Origin: Eledone cirrhosa
Taxonomy: Eukaryota
Direction: 5' to 3'
Assembly (NCBI GenBank): GCA_964016885.1
Contig: OZ024762.1
Location: forward strand, 744,001 to 808,000
Length of the DNA stretch: 64,000 bases
The notes beneath the pieces were generated by a model. It worked only from the letters and a program-made list of their open reading frames with translations, made no database searches and was not told the origin of the DNA. The stretch's first letter is position 1. Every line of letters begins with the position of its first letter. Position numbers and translations under genes: made by a program. Shown here one piece after another: positions 1-13,193 of the stretch.

Positions 1-112
1 TGGTGGTGGACGTGGTGTTGATGGGGGTAGTGGCGTGGGGGGGGTTAAAGAGTTTGGAAATGTTGACCAAACCAGTAGCAAATTGTCCGCATCTGTGTGT
101 GTGTGCTTGTCA

Positions 113-156
<44 letters not shown>

Positions 157-816
157 CTATATCTAGGTAGATAGATAGATAGATAGACATCCATACATTC
201 ACACACACATATATATATATATATGTGTGTGTGTGTGGAGAGAGTGAAAGAGAGAAAGAGAAATATAGATATAAATAGTGAGAGAGAACGACAGAGAGAA
301 AGAGACAGAGAGAGGGGGGAAGAGAGCGTAAGAGATAGTGAGAGAGGGAGAGAGAGAGAAAGACAGAAAGAAAGAGAGTGAGAGAGAAAGAGATAGAGAT
401 AGAGAAAGAAGAGAGAGAGAGGGGTTGTGTGGGAAGAAAGAGTCTGTTGGATAGACGCCATTGTAATAATTTAAGCGCCAATGGTCGTCTGCTAAATATG
501 ACTATTTAAATTGTTTGCTATGTTTGACGGAAGGTTGACATGTCGCTATGAATATCTCCACCTCTACCTCCTTCATCATATCTCGTCTGCAATATAACAA
601 CCGTCCGTTTCAATGGCAGATTGCGATTAATCAATCCATTATATTATTCTGTTTACTAACATTCCTATGACTTCTCTCCAGCTTAGAAATTATTAATGGA
701 ATTTCAGCCGGCCGTCCGTCACTTCTCCATGTTTTTCACAGTTCTCTGTGCTACCGTGACCCTTTCCACTTCCGCTTAGATTTTCAATAGCGTAGTTACA
801 CAAACTTGTATATATG

Positions 817-942
<126 letters not shown>

Positions 943-1205
943 GGCAATGCTCCAGCATGACCTCAGCCTGTCGGCTGGAACACGTAATAGTAAAATAGAG
1001 TATATATATATATATATAATGCCAATCATTGTAAGTTTGAATCTATCATGCAAAAACATATATATATGAATAAAGTAAGCCCAAATCATAGTACATTCAA
1101 ATATCAGAGAAATGAGGTGCAACAGAAATGAAACATCGATTAGAGGTTAAAATATAGTCTAGATAAATGAGAAACAAAACGAGGATGTAGTTTATGGAAC
1201 ACCCA

Positions 1206-1680
1206 AATGATTTAGAAGTCGACCTTAAGTAGGAGCAATAACATTAAGAAAGACATGAACAACACCACAGCACTTTGTATGGAAAATTTTGAAAGTAGGT
1301 TTATAAGTATGAATTTTCATAGGAAATTTGTAGTTGTCTCTGTGGCCTAGTGGTAGGTACTAGAGACGGTGGAAGTTTCTGTTCTTGGGTTCAATCCTCG
1401 TCTAGAGATACGTCTAACTTTTTTCACTTTTTATTTTACATCCCATAGAAAAAAAAATGAAAAGGTTTGCTGGGTACTCTACTTCCGACCAGGATCGAAC
1501 TTCATACGATGATCATCACCGTCTATGATTCTCCCAACTAGGCCACCAAGACAACTACGAAAGTATAATGAAAATTGATAATTATAAACCTACTTTCAAA
1601 ATCGAAGTTAAAAAGATGTGCTGTCGTTCATGGCTTTCCTAGAGCTATTAGTAATATTAAGGGTCAACTTCTGGTCATTA
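1206..1680. repeat. Diverged ~230-bp-arm inverted repeat; each arm has a tRNA-like Pol III unit, convergently oriented
   Basis: TTTTGAAAGTAGGTTTATAA (~1287-1306) mirrors TTATAAACCTACTTTCAAAA (~1582-1601). GTAGTTGTCTCTGTGGCCTAG mirrors CTAGGCCACCAAGACAACTAC. T-run and A-run at the centre. Confidence 0.75.
1336..1410 (+). pseudogene. tRNA-like sequence (tRNA pseudogene or SINE head)
   Basis: Acceptor GTCTCTG/TAGAGAT, D-arm GCCT-AGTGGT-AGGT (A box TGGCCTAGTGG), T-loop GGTTCAATCC (B box) and T6 at 1419. The anticodon arm is non-canonical. Confidence 0.5.
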
Positions 1681-1755
1681 CTGAAAGTCTCTGGATTTCG
1701 CAAAATACATATTTTTTATTGGAGAAGGTAAGATACGCAAATGTTCTACACCAGT

Positions 1756-2033
<278 letters not shown>

Positions 2034-2035
2034 CG

Positions 2036-2066
<31 letters not shown>

Positions 2067-2519
2067 ATGTGTACACCTCTGAGCCTCACTATATTCTCAG
2101 TAACCACAATATTAATATATTAATTCTGTAAACACCTTTCTAATCTAATACCACTAATTACACCTTTACCACTAATTATAATTAAAAAATTTGACACGCA
2201 ATAACTCGGGGTTAATTGCACTGGGGATATTAAGGAAACAACACCGGTAAATTCAACGACACCGTTTCACAGTTTTGAGTTTGTCGCGCGAAATCCAAAT
2301 GACGAATGTTTATAACTAACTACCAACAGAATATGTCAGCTACTAGGGCACTACATTTTCATTGGGACTTTGAACCTGACTAATATTTATCATAACTACG
2401 TATGTTTCCTTCACATTATATATTTATTTACGTGAAAATCTTACTACGGCCTCTGAACTAATTTTATTTAGCTTCGCTTCCTGTTTTTCATAATATTTTC
2501 TGTGTATGTTATCTAACAT

Positions 2520-2862
2520 TCTCTCTTCTGCTCCTGTCTTCTTCTTTGCTCACTTATTCCTGAGAGGGTCGTGGGGGCAGAGTCCTTCAAACACTCCTTC
2601 CAGTGGGTCCTGTCAGAAGCAACTGTCTCCAACTGATCCGGCTGGATCCCCAAGCGAGACCTGCCAAGCTCATGGATGTTATTTAACCATCTTGCTTGGG
2701 ATCTACCCCTGGGTCTGCTGCCGGTTGGTTTTGCCTGTAAAATCTGTCCAGAAATTCTTTCCTGAGACATTCTAACCACATGTCTATAGTATCAGAGCTG
2801 TGATCTCTCAATTCGGAGAAGTAGCAGCTCTACCTGGAGTGACTCTCTCATCTCCGGGCTAC
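2520..2862 (-). mobile_element. RTE-clade (Rex3/Expander-like) LINE 3' fragment
   Basis: Translates VELLLLRIERSQL*YYRHVVRMSQERISGQILQAKPTGSRPRGRSQARW...VASDRTHW, a typical RTE C-terminus. Contains an internal stop. Confidence 0.8.
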
Positions 2863-3224
2863 AAATCTGTCCAGTGGTTCTTTTCTGAGACCTGCTAAAG
2901 TAATACCGTTTACCTCAACCTATAAACACAACCTCTTACAACTTTCTACGTTAAAACTATTTCATATACGTTTTCTCTGTTAAATACTTGCTACGGTCCA
3001 ACATCTGTTCTTATAATTTGAATTTGGTCAAACTTTATCCCTTATAATTCCTGATATGTAGATGTTATATGTATCATGTGTTGTGTAAATAATTGTTAAC
3101 TGTTTCTGATTAACTTATTGTTTACATATGTATGGGCCATTGAAACGTACGTAGAAATTAAAGAATGGATTTAAGTGGTTAACATTGGTTAAGGGTCTTT
3201 GGAGTAACGTTACTCAATAAAGTG

Positions 3225-3545
3225 CGTGGCTCGGAGATGAGAGTGTCACTCCAGGTAGAGCTGCTACTTCTCAGAATTGAGACATCACAGTTCTTTTACT
3301 GCGGATATGGGTTTAGAATGTGTCAGGAAAGAATTTCTGGACAGATTTTACGGGCAAAACTAACCGGCAGGTGACCCAGAGGTAGACTCTGAGCAAGATG
3401 GTTGGATAACATCCATGAGCTTGGCTGGTCTTGTTTGGGGATCAAGTTGGAGACGGTTGCTTCTGACAGAACCTGATGGAAGGAGTGTTTGAGGGACTCT
3501 GTCCCCCATGACCCTCTCAGAAACAAATGGGAGAAGAAAAAGAAC
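3225..3545 (+). mobile_element. Second copy of the same RTE/Rex3-like 3' fragment, inverted relative to 2520-2862
   Basis: CGGAGATGAGAGTGTCACTCCAGGTAGAGCTGCTACTTCTC... is the reverse complement of ~2815-2857, and the similarity runs the whole length. Confidence 0.8.
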
Positions 3546-3819
3546 CTTGATTTTTCTTCATTTTAATTATTTACATATATGTGTGTGTGTACGGAATATA
3601 CGTATATTGTTTAAAGTGGAGAGAACGATGAAGATGCACTACCTGTGGAGGAATGCCCACACTCTCACACAGAGACATGCTCAGACGCACACAAACAGAC
3701 ACACACATGCACAGAAACACTCTCACAACGATCCAACCAATTCGATCGCCATTGATCTAAGGGAAACAACTCGTAGATAATTGTAACGTAGACCGTATTG
3801 AAAGTATAACGTTATATAT

Positions 3820-4412
3820 AGAGGGAATACCTCTCGAAATAGGAGTTAACAATAGGGAATACCTCTAGAAATAGGGATTAACTAAATGGGGGGGGGGATA
3901 CCTCTAGATATAGGAGGGGGATACCTCTAGATATAGGGGTTAACTATAGAGGGAATACCTATATATATATAGGGGAATAACTCTAGGTATAGAGGTTAAA
4001 TATACGGGAATACCTCTAGATATAGGGGTTAACTATAGGGGATTACCTCTAGATATAGGGGGAATGACTTTAGAAATAGGGGTTATCTGTGGGGGAATAC
4101 CTCTAGATATAGGGGTTAACTATAGGGGTAATACCTCTAGATATAGGGGTTAACTATAGGGGAATACCTCTAGATATAGGAGTTAACTATAAGGGGGAAT
4201 ACCTCTAGATATAGGCGTTAACTATAGGGGAATACCTCTAGATATAGGTTAACTATAGGGGGATATCTCTAGATATAGAGGTTAACTATAGGGAGAATAC
4301 CTATAAATATAGGGGTTAGCTATAGAGGCAATACCTCTAGATATAGGGGTTAACTATAGGGAGAATACCTCTAGATATAGAGGTTAACTATAGGGGGAAT
4401 ACCTCTAGATAT
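3820..4412. repeat. ~33-35 bp minisatellite (GGGGAATACCTCTAGATATAGGGGTTAACTATA)n
   Basis: About 17 directly visible degenerate units. Confidence 0.9.
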
Positions 4413-4599
4413 AAAGGTAATAACAGTAACGATCAAAATTACCCGGAGATATTACTGGTTAAATTATTATTTTTTGCCGTTTGGATTCCTTAGAATTCTG
4501 TTGCAGAGGAACTGAAATATGCTAATATATACATATATAATTATTTATATAAATATGCTAATATATACATATATAATTATTTATATAAATATGCTAATA

Positions 4600-5479
4600 C
4601 AGTCGAGTCCGCTTAAGAGTATATCGGATAAGAGTATAGTCTGCTTAAGAGTATAGCATAATCAATTCCTGTTTATATATTTTCTATATAATTTAGTCCA
4701 AATAAGAGTATAATGAATACAGTAAAGTAAATTGGGCTTATAATGTAACATAACCATTTTAAAACAATTCAAAATGATAATAGAAGAGGAGGAAGAAGAA
4801 GATTATATTGAAACCGAATTAACTAGAAAAGTTAGTATGTATTATTTTTATATTTATAATATGAATGTCCATAGGTACCCAACATAACTTTAATCATTTA
4901 TCAATATTTTAGATCTCTGGAAAATAAGGAATAAATGCTTTGTTGACTGTACGGTCCTATATGCAGGGCCGTCTTAACACATGGGCACGCAGGGCAGTTG
5001 CACGGGGGCCCCACGAGGTTAGGGGGCCCATTTGTATTTTTATTTCTGTGAGTGGTTGTGTAGGTAGGGGTCCCCAGTGCTCTGCTTTGCCCGGGAGCCT
5101 ATAATGCTGTTAAGCTGGCCCTGCCTATATGATGCAAATGCAATCATTTTGAAAATTATACTCCGTCTGAGATGGAGCAATTGATTGCAAAAAAGCATTT
5201 TGGACTATTTTTAGGAAATAAAAATTGCATACCAATATGTTGAAATATTACTTCATTTATCTATAATTTGCAATAATTCTAGTTGAATTTTTTGGTGTAA
5301 CTTTCATTTTTTTTACTTATAAATGCATTTTAAACGATAATAAAGCGATTTTTAATCATTGAAAGACTCAAAATAATAATACTATGGAATATTTCTACTT
5401 AGTCCAGATAAGAGTATAGTTCGGTTAAGAGTATACTATTTTCCATTCCCGAGGGTATACTCTTAAGCAGACTCGACTG
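4600..5479. mobile_element. Non-autonomous pogo/Tc1-mariner-type DNA transposon (MITE)
   Basis: TIRs CAGTCGAGTCCGCTTAAGAGTATA and TATACTCTTAAGCAGACTCGACTG, TA on both sides and subterminal TAAGAGTATA repeats. It interrupts an AT-rich tandem repeat present on both flanks. Confidence 0.9.
4964..5123. mobile_element. hAT-type MITE nested inside the pogo-type MITE
   Basis: TIRs CAGGGCCGTCTTAAC and GTTAAGCTGGCCCTG with an exact 8-bp TSD CCTATATG (4956-4963 and 5124-5131). Confidence 0.9.
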
Positions 5480-5679
5480 TATATGTATATATAATTATTT
5501 ATATAAATATGCTAATATATACATATATAATTATTTATATAAATATGTTGTTAGAAAACAGATTTATTCAAATGTACGTCTTGTGTTTCAGGATATATTC
5601 CAAGAAAAATAACTCCAAAATTTTTAATGTAGTTATCTCCCTTGAAAATATGTTTACATTTTTTTATCCATTATTTTAC

Positions 5680-5802
5680 TTCTGAGTTCAAATCCCGCCG
5701 AGGTTAACTTTGCTTTTCATCCTGACAACGTCGATAAAATAAAGTACCAGTAATATACTGGGGTAATTGCTGGCCTTGTGCCAAAAGTAGAAACAATTAT
5801 TT
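5680..5802 (+). mobile_element. SINE family B, 3' part
   Basis: GAGTTCAAATCCCGCCGAGGTTAACTTTGC...GTCGATAAAATAAAGTACCAG...GGCCTTGTGCCAAAAGTAGAAAC; matches the fuller copy at 51648-51842. Confidence 0.75.
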
Positions 5803-6909
5803 TAATGGCTTCTGACGGACATACTAATAGAGGGAGTGGGAAAGATGGTGAAATAGGGAGAGTAAGAGAGAGGGGGGTGAGAAAGTAAATAGCGAAAGAG
5901 AAATACTAAAAATCCAAAGAGCGTCAACTGACAAGGGAGGTAAGCGAATGGAAACACGCACACACCCTGTTATTTGGGACTCTAGAGTAAGCCTTATTGT
6001 CGTTTCTGTTTGTCTAGCAGTGTCGGTTGGAAAGTACGTGACGTCAAACATTAAGGAGTTGCCTCCCTTCACTTGGAAGAGAGTTATCCCCTCTTGGCGC
6101 CTATCATTATCACGGTCTCGGCCGGGCGGTTCCAGTTGTGCCTGGAAGGCGGCTGCCTTGTGAGGGGGTTCGGCTAGAGGAGATTGATATATATATATAT
6201 TATTATCATTATTTAGAAAACGTGAGAGAAACACAACAAATATATATATATACACACACTCTACTATCCCAAGTATCGAGTACTCTATTAAGTAATGGCC
6301 TAACTAGTTTTAAACTGGATCTATCCTGATATATATGTGTGTATTTGTGTATATATATATTTATGTGTGTATATGTATATGCATATATCTATCTATATGT
6401 GTGTGTATATATATGTATGTGTGTGTATACATACATGCAGGTATGTATGTATGTATGTATGTGTTGAGGGTATACTAGGGATCAGTTTTGAAGTGGTGTA
6501 GGAGGTGAGAATGACATGACAGTGGTGACATTACAATAACACTGAGGTTAAAATGTCACCGCCACCGACTTCAGGCAGCCGACAGATTCAGCGTCTCATC
6601 TCCTTGGACTATTGTCAGCTCTGACGTCAAACACTTCATACACACTCCCCCCTCTCTCTCTCTAACTATCGCTTTCTCTCTCTCTCTCTCTCTCTCTTTC
6701 TATATATATATATATATATATTGTTATATTTGGGGAGGGTCATATTGTTATAATATATATATGTCTCTCTCTCTCTCTCTCACATTCTATACATGTATCT
6801 CCCTCACTCTTCCTCTCTATCTATCTATCTCTCTGTCTCTCTCTCTCACACTATCTCTATATATATCTAGCTATCTGTCTCTGTCTTTCACTCTCTCACA
6901 CTCGCACTT

Positions 6910-7200
6910 TGTTGTGATGATGGTGGTGGCGGTGGTGGTTAAGATGATGATGATGGTGGTGGGGACGGTGGTGGTGGTAGTTAAGATGATGATGGTGGTG
7001 GTGGCGGTGGTGGTTAAGATGATGATGATGGTGGTGGGGACGGTGGTGGTGGTAGTTAAGATGGTGGCGGTGGTGGTTAAGATGATGATGGTGGTGGTAG
7101 TTAAGATGATGATGGCGGTGGTGGTAGTTAAGATGATGATGGTGGTAGTGGCGGTGGTGGTTAAGATGATGATGATGTGGTGGTGGTTAAGATGATGATA
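6910..7200. repeat. (GAT)n/(GGT)n compound repeat with GTTAA spacers
   Basis: Directly visible. Confidence 0.85.
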
Positions 7201-7261
7201 TTGCTGATGGTGGTATTTCAGTGAAATAATTGTCTCTTCACACACAAACACATACCTTCTC

Positions 7262-7595
7262 TCATCATCACCATCATCATCACCATACATCCACCTCTCC
7301 CTGTTTGCAAGGGTGGGACGGGAACTGATTCTGGCTTGATTTCTACAGCTGGATGCCCTTCCTAACACCAACCTCATTTACAGTGAGTGCTGGGTGCTTT
7401 TTTGCCGTGGCGCCTACACGTCCACTTTACAGTGGAATGATAGGGACCCTAGTCCTATCATCTCATTTCTACAGCTGAGTAAACTGGAGCAATGTGAAAT
7501 AAAGTGTCTTGCTCAAGGAAACAACACATCACCCGGTCTGAGAATTGAACTCCCAACCTTTCGATTGCAAGGCCAATGCTCTAACCACTAAGCTA
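7262..7595 (-). mobile_element. SINE family A (tRNA head plus RTE-like tail)
   Basis: Reverse complement of the copies at 30650-30985 and 34284-34595. Confidence 0.85.
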
Positions 7596-7605
7596 TATAT
7601 ATATA

Positions 7606-7685
7606 TGAGAGATGTTGTGCTGAATAGGACCCGTCCCACTCTTGCAAGCAGGGAAAAGCGGACGTAAAATGATGATGATGATGAT
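7606..7685 (+). mobile_element. RTE LINE extreme 3' end with (GAT)n tail
   Basis: GTGCTGAATAGGACCCGTCCCACTCTTGCAAGCAGGGAAAAGCGGACGTAAAATGATGATG matches the ends of the RTE copies at 13190-13390 and ~35270-35310. Confidence 0.75.
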
Positions 7686-8304
7686 ATATTTACATATTTA
7701 TATATATAAACATATATATAGATATACATATCTATATAGATAGATATACATATATGTATATATACATATATGTATATATGGCTTGAATCCTTATCGGAAT
7801 TCAACTACCTGTGCATGTATTGTTTTGGTGATAGTCTCCTTCCTCTTATTTTCGAGACATTGTGAGATTTCCTTTAGAACTGCTGGACTAACAACCTAGC
7901 AGCTCCCTCAAGCACTGATGGTGATTATTGCTAAATATTGATGTTGATTTGGTTATCAATATTAATATTATTGGGCACCCACTGAAGAATTATAAGAGCC
8001 CACTTGAATAAGTATCTGTTGATCTTATACAAGTTTCTACATAATTTGGTATAATTTCACCCAACTTGTAGAAATCTTATAATGAAACGAGTCGTCTGGG
8101 AAGAGATATATTTGATATATCTCATATGAAATGATACAGCCAATTCTCCACACAATACAATATAGTTAGCACCCCGAGCATTTAATTAGGAATATACTCA
8201 GGTATTTCCTAATGTTTGTTGAGTGAGTTGGAATTTGGCCAGAGTATCGCTGTTAGCTTTCTCCGTTTATGTATTTATATATGTATATATATATATAAAT
8301 ATAT

Positions 8305-8350
<46 letters not shown>

Positions 8351-8450
8351 TATATGTGTATGTGTATACATATATATATATAGATAGATAGATATACATA
8401 TATAGGGTGAAAGCAGCGATTCTTTGCTTAAACTTTAATCTGTTATTTTA

Positions 8451-8536
<86 letters not shown>

Positions 8537-8720
8537 ATATGTATACATATATATGTATATATATATACACATATAATTATGTATTTATCGCTATGTGAGT
8601 GTGTGTATATGTATGTGTATATATATATATATATATATATAGCTATCTGTTGTATGTATATATATATATGTGTAGTTCTCTGTTATATGTGTGTATATAT
8701 ATATGTAACTATCTGATCTG

Positions 8721-8761
<41 letters not shown>

Positions 8762-9094
8762 TCTGTTGTATGTGTATGTATATATATAGTTCTCTGTTAT
8801 ATGTGTATGTATATATATGTAACTGTTGTATGTATATATGTGTATGTGCTACCTTCATACGTAATAAAATATGTGAGGCAGGGACTGGATGCTTCTGTAC
8901 CAACCTTGAAAATAACATTCTTGAAGAACAAATGGTGTGTGTGTGTGTGGGGGGGTTCTATGATGATGGTGGTGGTGGTGGTGGGGTTGATGATGGGCGG
9001 GGGGGGCTCTATGATGATGATGGTGGCAGTGGTGATGGGGGTTAATGATGATGATAAGGGTGGTGGCGGTGATGATGGTGGTGATTATTATTAT

Positions 9095-9740
9095 TAGACT
9101 ACTACATGTTACTGTGGGGTCCCTAACTAGACAGTGCTACATGTTGTTGTGGGGTCCCTAACTAGACAGTGCTACATGTTGTTGTGGGGTCCCTAACTAG
9201 ACAGTGCTACATGTTACTGTGGGGTCCCTGACTAGACAGTGCTACATGTTACTGTGGGGTCCCTAACTAGACAGTGCTACATGTTACTGTGGGGTCCCTA
9301 ACTAGACAGTGCTACATGTTGCTGTGGGGTCCCTAACTAGACAGTGCTACATGTTACTGTGGGGTCCCTAACTAGACAGTGCTACATGTTGCTGTGGGGT
9401 CACTGACTAGTCAGTACTACATGTTACTGTGGGGTCCCTAACTAGACAGTGCTACATGTTGCTGTGGGGTCCCTGACTAGTCAGTACTACATGTTGCTGT
9501 GGGGTCACTGACTAGACAGTGCTACATGTTACTGTGGGGTCCCTAACTAGACAGTGCTACATGTTGCTGTGGGGTCCCTGACTAGTCAGTACTACATGTT
9601 GCTGTGGGGTCACTGACTAGACCGTGCTACATGTTGCTGTGGGGTCACTGACTAGTCAGTACTACATGTTACTGTGGGGTCCCTAACTAGACAGTGCTAC
9701 ATGTTGCTGTGGGGTCCCTGACCAGACAGTGCTGCATATT
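9095..9740. repeat. 35-bp minisatellite (ACTAGACAGTGCTACATGTTRCTGTGGGGTCCCTA)n, ~18 copies
   Basis: Period read directly (CCCTAA at 9121 and 9156). Confidence 0.95.
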
Positions 9741-9804
9741 GTTGAGGATTGCCTCCCATAGATGTTTTTCCCAGTGGCCTGGAAGTTATCCCTAATACTG
9801 CAAA

Positions 9805-10051
9805 TAACTCCTTGGTCTGTCTTGACCTGCCTCTCAGCTATGGTGTAACTCCTTGGTCTGTCTTGACCTGCCTCTCAGCTATGGTGTAACTCCTTGGTCT
9901 GTCTTGACCTGCCTCTCAGCTATGGTGTAACTCCTTGGTCTGTCTTGACCTGCCTCTCAGCTATGGTGTAACTCCTTGGTCTGTCTTGACCTGCCTCTCA
10001 GCTATGGTGTAACTCCTTGGTCTGTCTTGACCTGCCTCTCAGCTATGGTGT
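9805..10051. repeat. 41-bp tandem repeat, 6 near-identical copies
   Basis: TAACTCCTTGGTCTGTCTTGACCTGCCTCTCAGCTATGGTG at 9805, 9846 and onward. Confidence 0.95.
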
Positions 10052-10520
10052 ATGTCATACGACAACTACACTACTACTACAGTACTGTATATTGTTCAGG
10101 ATTGCCCCCTCGGATGTTTTCCTGGTGGGGTGGCCTGGAGGTAATCCATAACACTGTAAATGACTCCCTGGTCTGGCCCGTTGGTCTCCACCTCCTCCTC
10201 CCCCTCAAGCTACTGTCTGTGTGTCGTACTATAGCAGACCCTGGTCAAACAGTGCTGCACGTTCAGGATTGTTAAAGAGAAGCTGTTTCACGTTTTGTCT
10301 GTCTGTCACAACATATATGTCTGTCTGTCTGTCTGTCACAACATATATGTCTGTCTGTCTGTCTGTCACAACATATATGTGGAAACAGTGAAAAGTTGTT
10401 GTTTTTGAGAGAGAGAGAGACACAGCAAGAGAGAGAGGGAGTGTGTGTGAAAGAGAGAGATAGTTTGTGCAAAAGAGAAGGAGAGATAGTGTGTGTGAAA
10501 GAGAGAGACAGTGTGTTTGT

Positions 10521-10551
<31 letters not shown>

Positions 10552-10912
10552 TGTGTGTGTGAGAGAGAGATAGTGTATGTTTATGATGTGAGAGTGAAAG
10601 TATTGACAACAGACTTTTAAAAAAGACTTTCAATATAATGACAGGTTGTTGTTGAGAAAGAAATACAGTGAGAGAGGTGGAGTGTAAGAGTGATAGTTAG
10701 AGAGAGAGAGGTGGAGTGTGTGAAAGACAGATAGAGAGAGAGAGGATGGAGTGTAAGAGAGATAGAGAGAGGGAGAGGTGGAGTGTATGAGAGAGAGAGA
10801 GGTGGAATGAGAGAGAGAGGTGAAGTGTGTGAGAGAGAGGTGGAGTGTGTGTAAGAGAGAGAGAGAGAGGTGGAGTGTGTGTAAGAGAGAGAGAGAAAGA
10901 GGTGGAATGTGT

Positions 10913-10956
<44 letters not shown>

Positions 10957-11054
10957 AAGTGTATTATTTAACAATAGGATGACGTCACGTAATAAATTAA
11001 TTGACATATTTCAATGTTTTCTCAGAAGTTTTTCAAAAGTGTTTTAAGTGCATC

Positions 11055-11402
11055 ACGTGTGGAAATAAACGTGTGTGTGTGTGTGTGGAAATAAACGTGT
11101 GAGTATGTGTGGAAATAAACGTGTGTGTGTGTGTGTGGAAATAAATGTGTGTGTGTGTGGAAATAAACGTGTGTGTGTGTGTGTGTGGAAATAAATGTGT
11201 GTGTGTGTGGAAATAAACGTGTGTGTGTGTGTGTGGAAATAAACGTGTGTGTGGGTGTGGAAATGAATGTGTGTGAGGGTGTGGAAATAAACGTGTGTGT
11301 GTGTGGAAATGAACGTGTGTGTGTGTGAAATGAACATTGTATGTGGAAATGAACGTGTGTGTGTGTGAAATGAACATTGTATGTGGAAATGAACGTGTGT
11401 GT
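11055..11402. repeat. (GT)n-GGAAATAAAC compound repeat
   Basis: Directly visible. Confidence 0.85.
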
Positions 11403-11404
11403 AT

Positions 11405-11492
11405 ATAGAAATGACTTCTACAGCACTAGAACTTTCATTCCTAATGATTTCATGCGAATGAAACAGTTCTAGTCCTGTAGAAGTCATTTCTC
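11405..11492. mobile_element. Foldback element (AGAAATGGCTTCTACAGGACTAGAACTGTTTCATTC family)
   Basis: Palindromic; related copies at ~35470, 36520, 38820, 40548, 43430, 43560 and 47950. Confidence 0.7.
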
Positions 11493-11699
11493 TCTCTATA
11501 TATATAAATGTTTAACCGTCGGGGTTAAACATTTTCCTATTACCCACTCTACTACCTTAAGTATTGAGTACTATGGCGCGTTATGGTCCATCTGGTTCCT
11601 TACCACACCTCCTTCGTTATATATATGTATATATATAGATATATATATACCTTCCATATAGTGTACCAATTGTGTTGTTATTTCTGTTTACCTTTTACT

Positions 11700-11823
<124 letters not shown>

Positions 11824-12249
11824 TATAAGGAGTGTATTTGAAGGGGTGATATGTAAAGTTTCCCCCAATTAGTTCGAGTTAATTAGACATGAACTAATTT
11901 CAATAAGCAACTCCCAGTGTAATTACAATAGGGTGTGTTGTGACGTCACGTTTCCAAGAATTGCAGTAACCCCCCCCCCCCCACACACACACACACACAC
12001 ATCCCACACCACCCGACGCCACACCAACCATAACACACCACACCACCCCATGCTACACCGCACCACACCATACCATCCGACCTGCACCAACCTCAAAAAC
12101 AAATACAATTAAATGACAATTGTTAACATCATTTTACGATTTAGGTACAAGGCTATCAATTTTTGGGGAAGGAAGGAGAATGTCGAGTAAGTCAACCCCA
12201 GTTTCTTACTGGTACTTTGTATTGGTACTAGTGGTAAGAAACTCAGTGG

Positions 12250-12868
12250 AGCTGGAGAACAGAAGGTCTTCAGAGAAGAAACTCTCAGGAGAGCTGGTCA
12301 GTAGAAGGTCTTCAGGGAAGAAACTCTCAGGAGAGCTGGTCAGTAGAAGGTCTTTAGAGAAGAAACTCTCAGGAGAGCTGGTCAGTAGAAGGTCTTTAGA
12401 GAAGAAACTCTCAGGAGAGCTGGACAGCAGAAGGTCTTCAGAGAAGAGACTCTCAGGAGAGCTGGACAGAAGGTCTTTAAAGAAGAAACTCTTGAGAGAG
12501 TTGGACAGCAGAAGGTCTTCAGGGAAGAAACTCTCAGGAGAGCTGGTCAGTAGAAGGTCTTTAGAGAAGAAACTCTCAGGAGAGCTGGTCAGTAGAAGGT
12601 CTTTAGAGAAGAAACTCTCAGGAGAGCTGGACAGCAGAAGGTCTTTAGAGAAGAAACTCTCAGGAGAGCTGGACAGAAGGTCTTTAAAGAAGAAACTCTT
12701 GAGAGAGTTGGACAGCAGAAGGTCTTCAGGGAAGAAACTCTCAGGAGAGCTGGACAGCAGAAGGTCTTCAGGGAAGAAACTCTCAGGAGAGTTGGACAGC
12801 AGAAGGTCTTCAGGGAAGAAACTCTCAGGAGAGCTGGACAGCAGAAGGTCTTCAGAGAAGAAGCTCTT
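12250..12868. repeat. 42-bp minisatellite with a 207-bp higher-order duplication
   Basis: Unit GAGCTGGACAGCAGAAGGTCTTCAGAGAAGAAACTCTCAGGA. A 39-bp variant unit recurs 207 bp apart (CTTTAA at 12475 and 12682). Confidence 0.9.
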
Positions 12869-12913
12869 AGTTAACGGTGGCATATCTGCATACTTGTATA
12901 ACTACGCCTCATA

Positions 12914-13001
12914 ATTGTATGAGCATCTGATGATGTCACATGGACACTGTCAATGATATAATCATTACATAACCATGTCATTGAAATATGTATTATACAA
13001 T
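12914..13001 (+). ncRNA. Degenerate minimal type-I hammerhead ribozyme motif
   Basis: ATTGTAT-(GAGCAT)-CTGATGA-tGTcACATGG...CCATGTcATt-GAAA-TATGTA-TT-ATACAAT. Stem I carries an insertion. Confidence 0.45.
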
Positions 13002-13128
13002 AAAACAGTTTGTAAAAGTAACCCTGTCTTAACATTTCATATATATATATATATGTGTGTGTGTGCTTATATATATAGTGGTGTGGTGGTGGTGTGGTGG
13101 TGGTAGTGGTGGTGATGTTGGTGTTGCT

Positions 13129-13189
<61 letters not shown>

Positions 13190-13193
<4 letters not shown>

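Noticed and set aside
12120-12914. 264-aa (+) and 225-aa (-) repetitive ORFs
   Set aside because: A 42-bp minisatellite that lacks stops on both strands; the start lies in a SINE fragment and there is no splice or context support.
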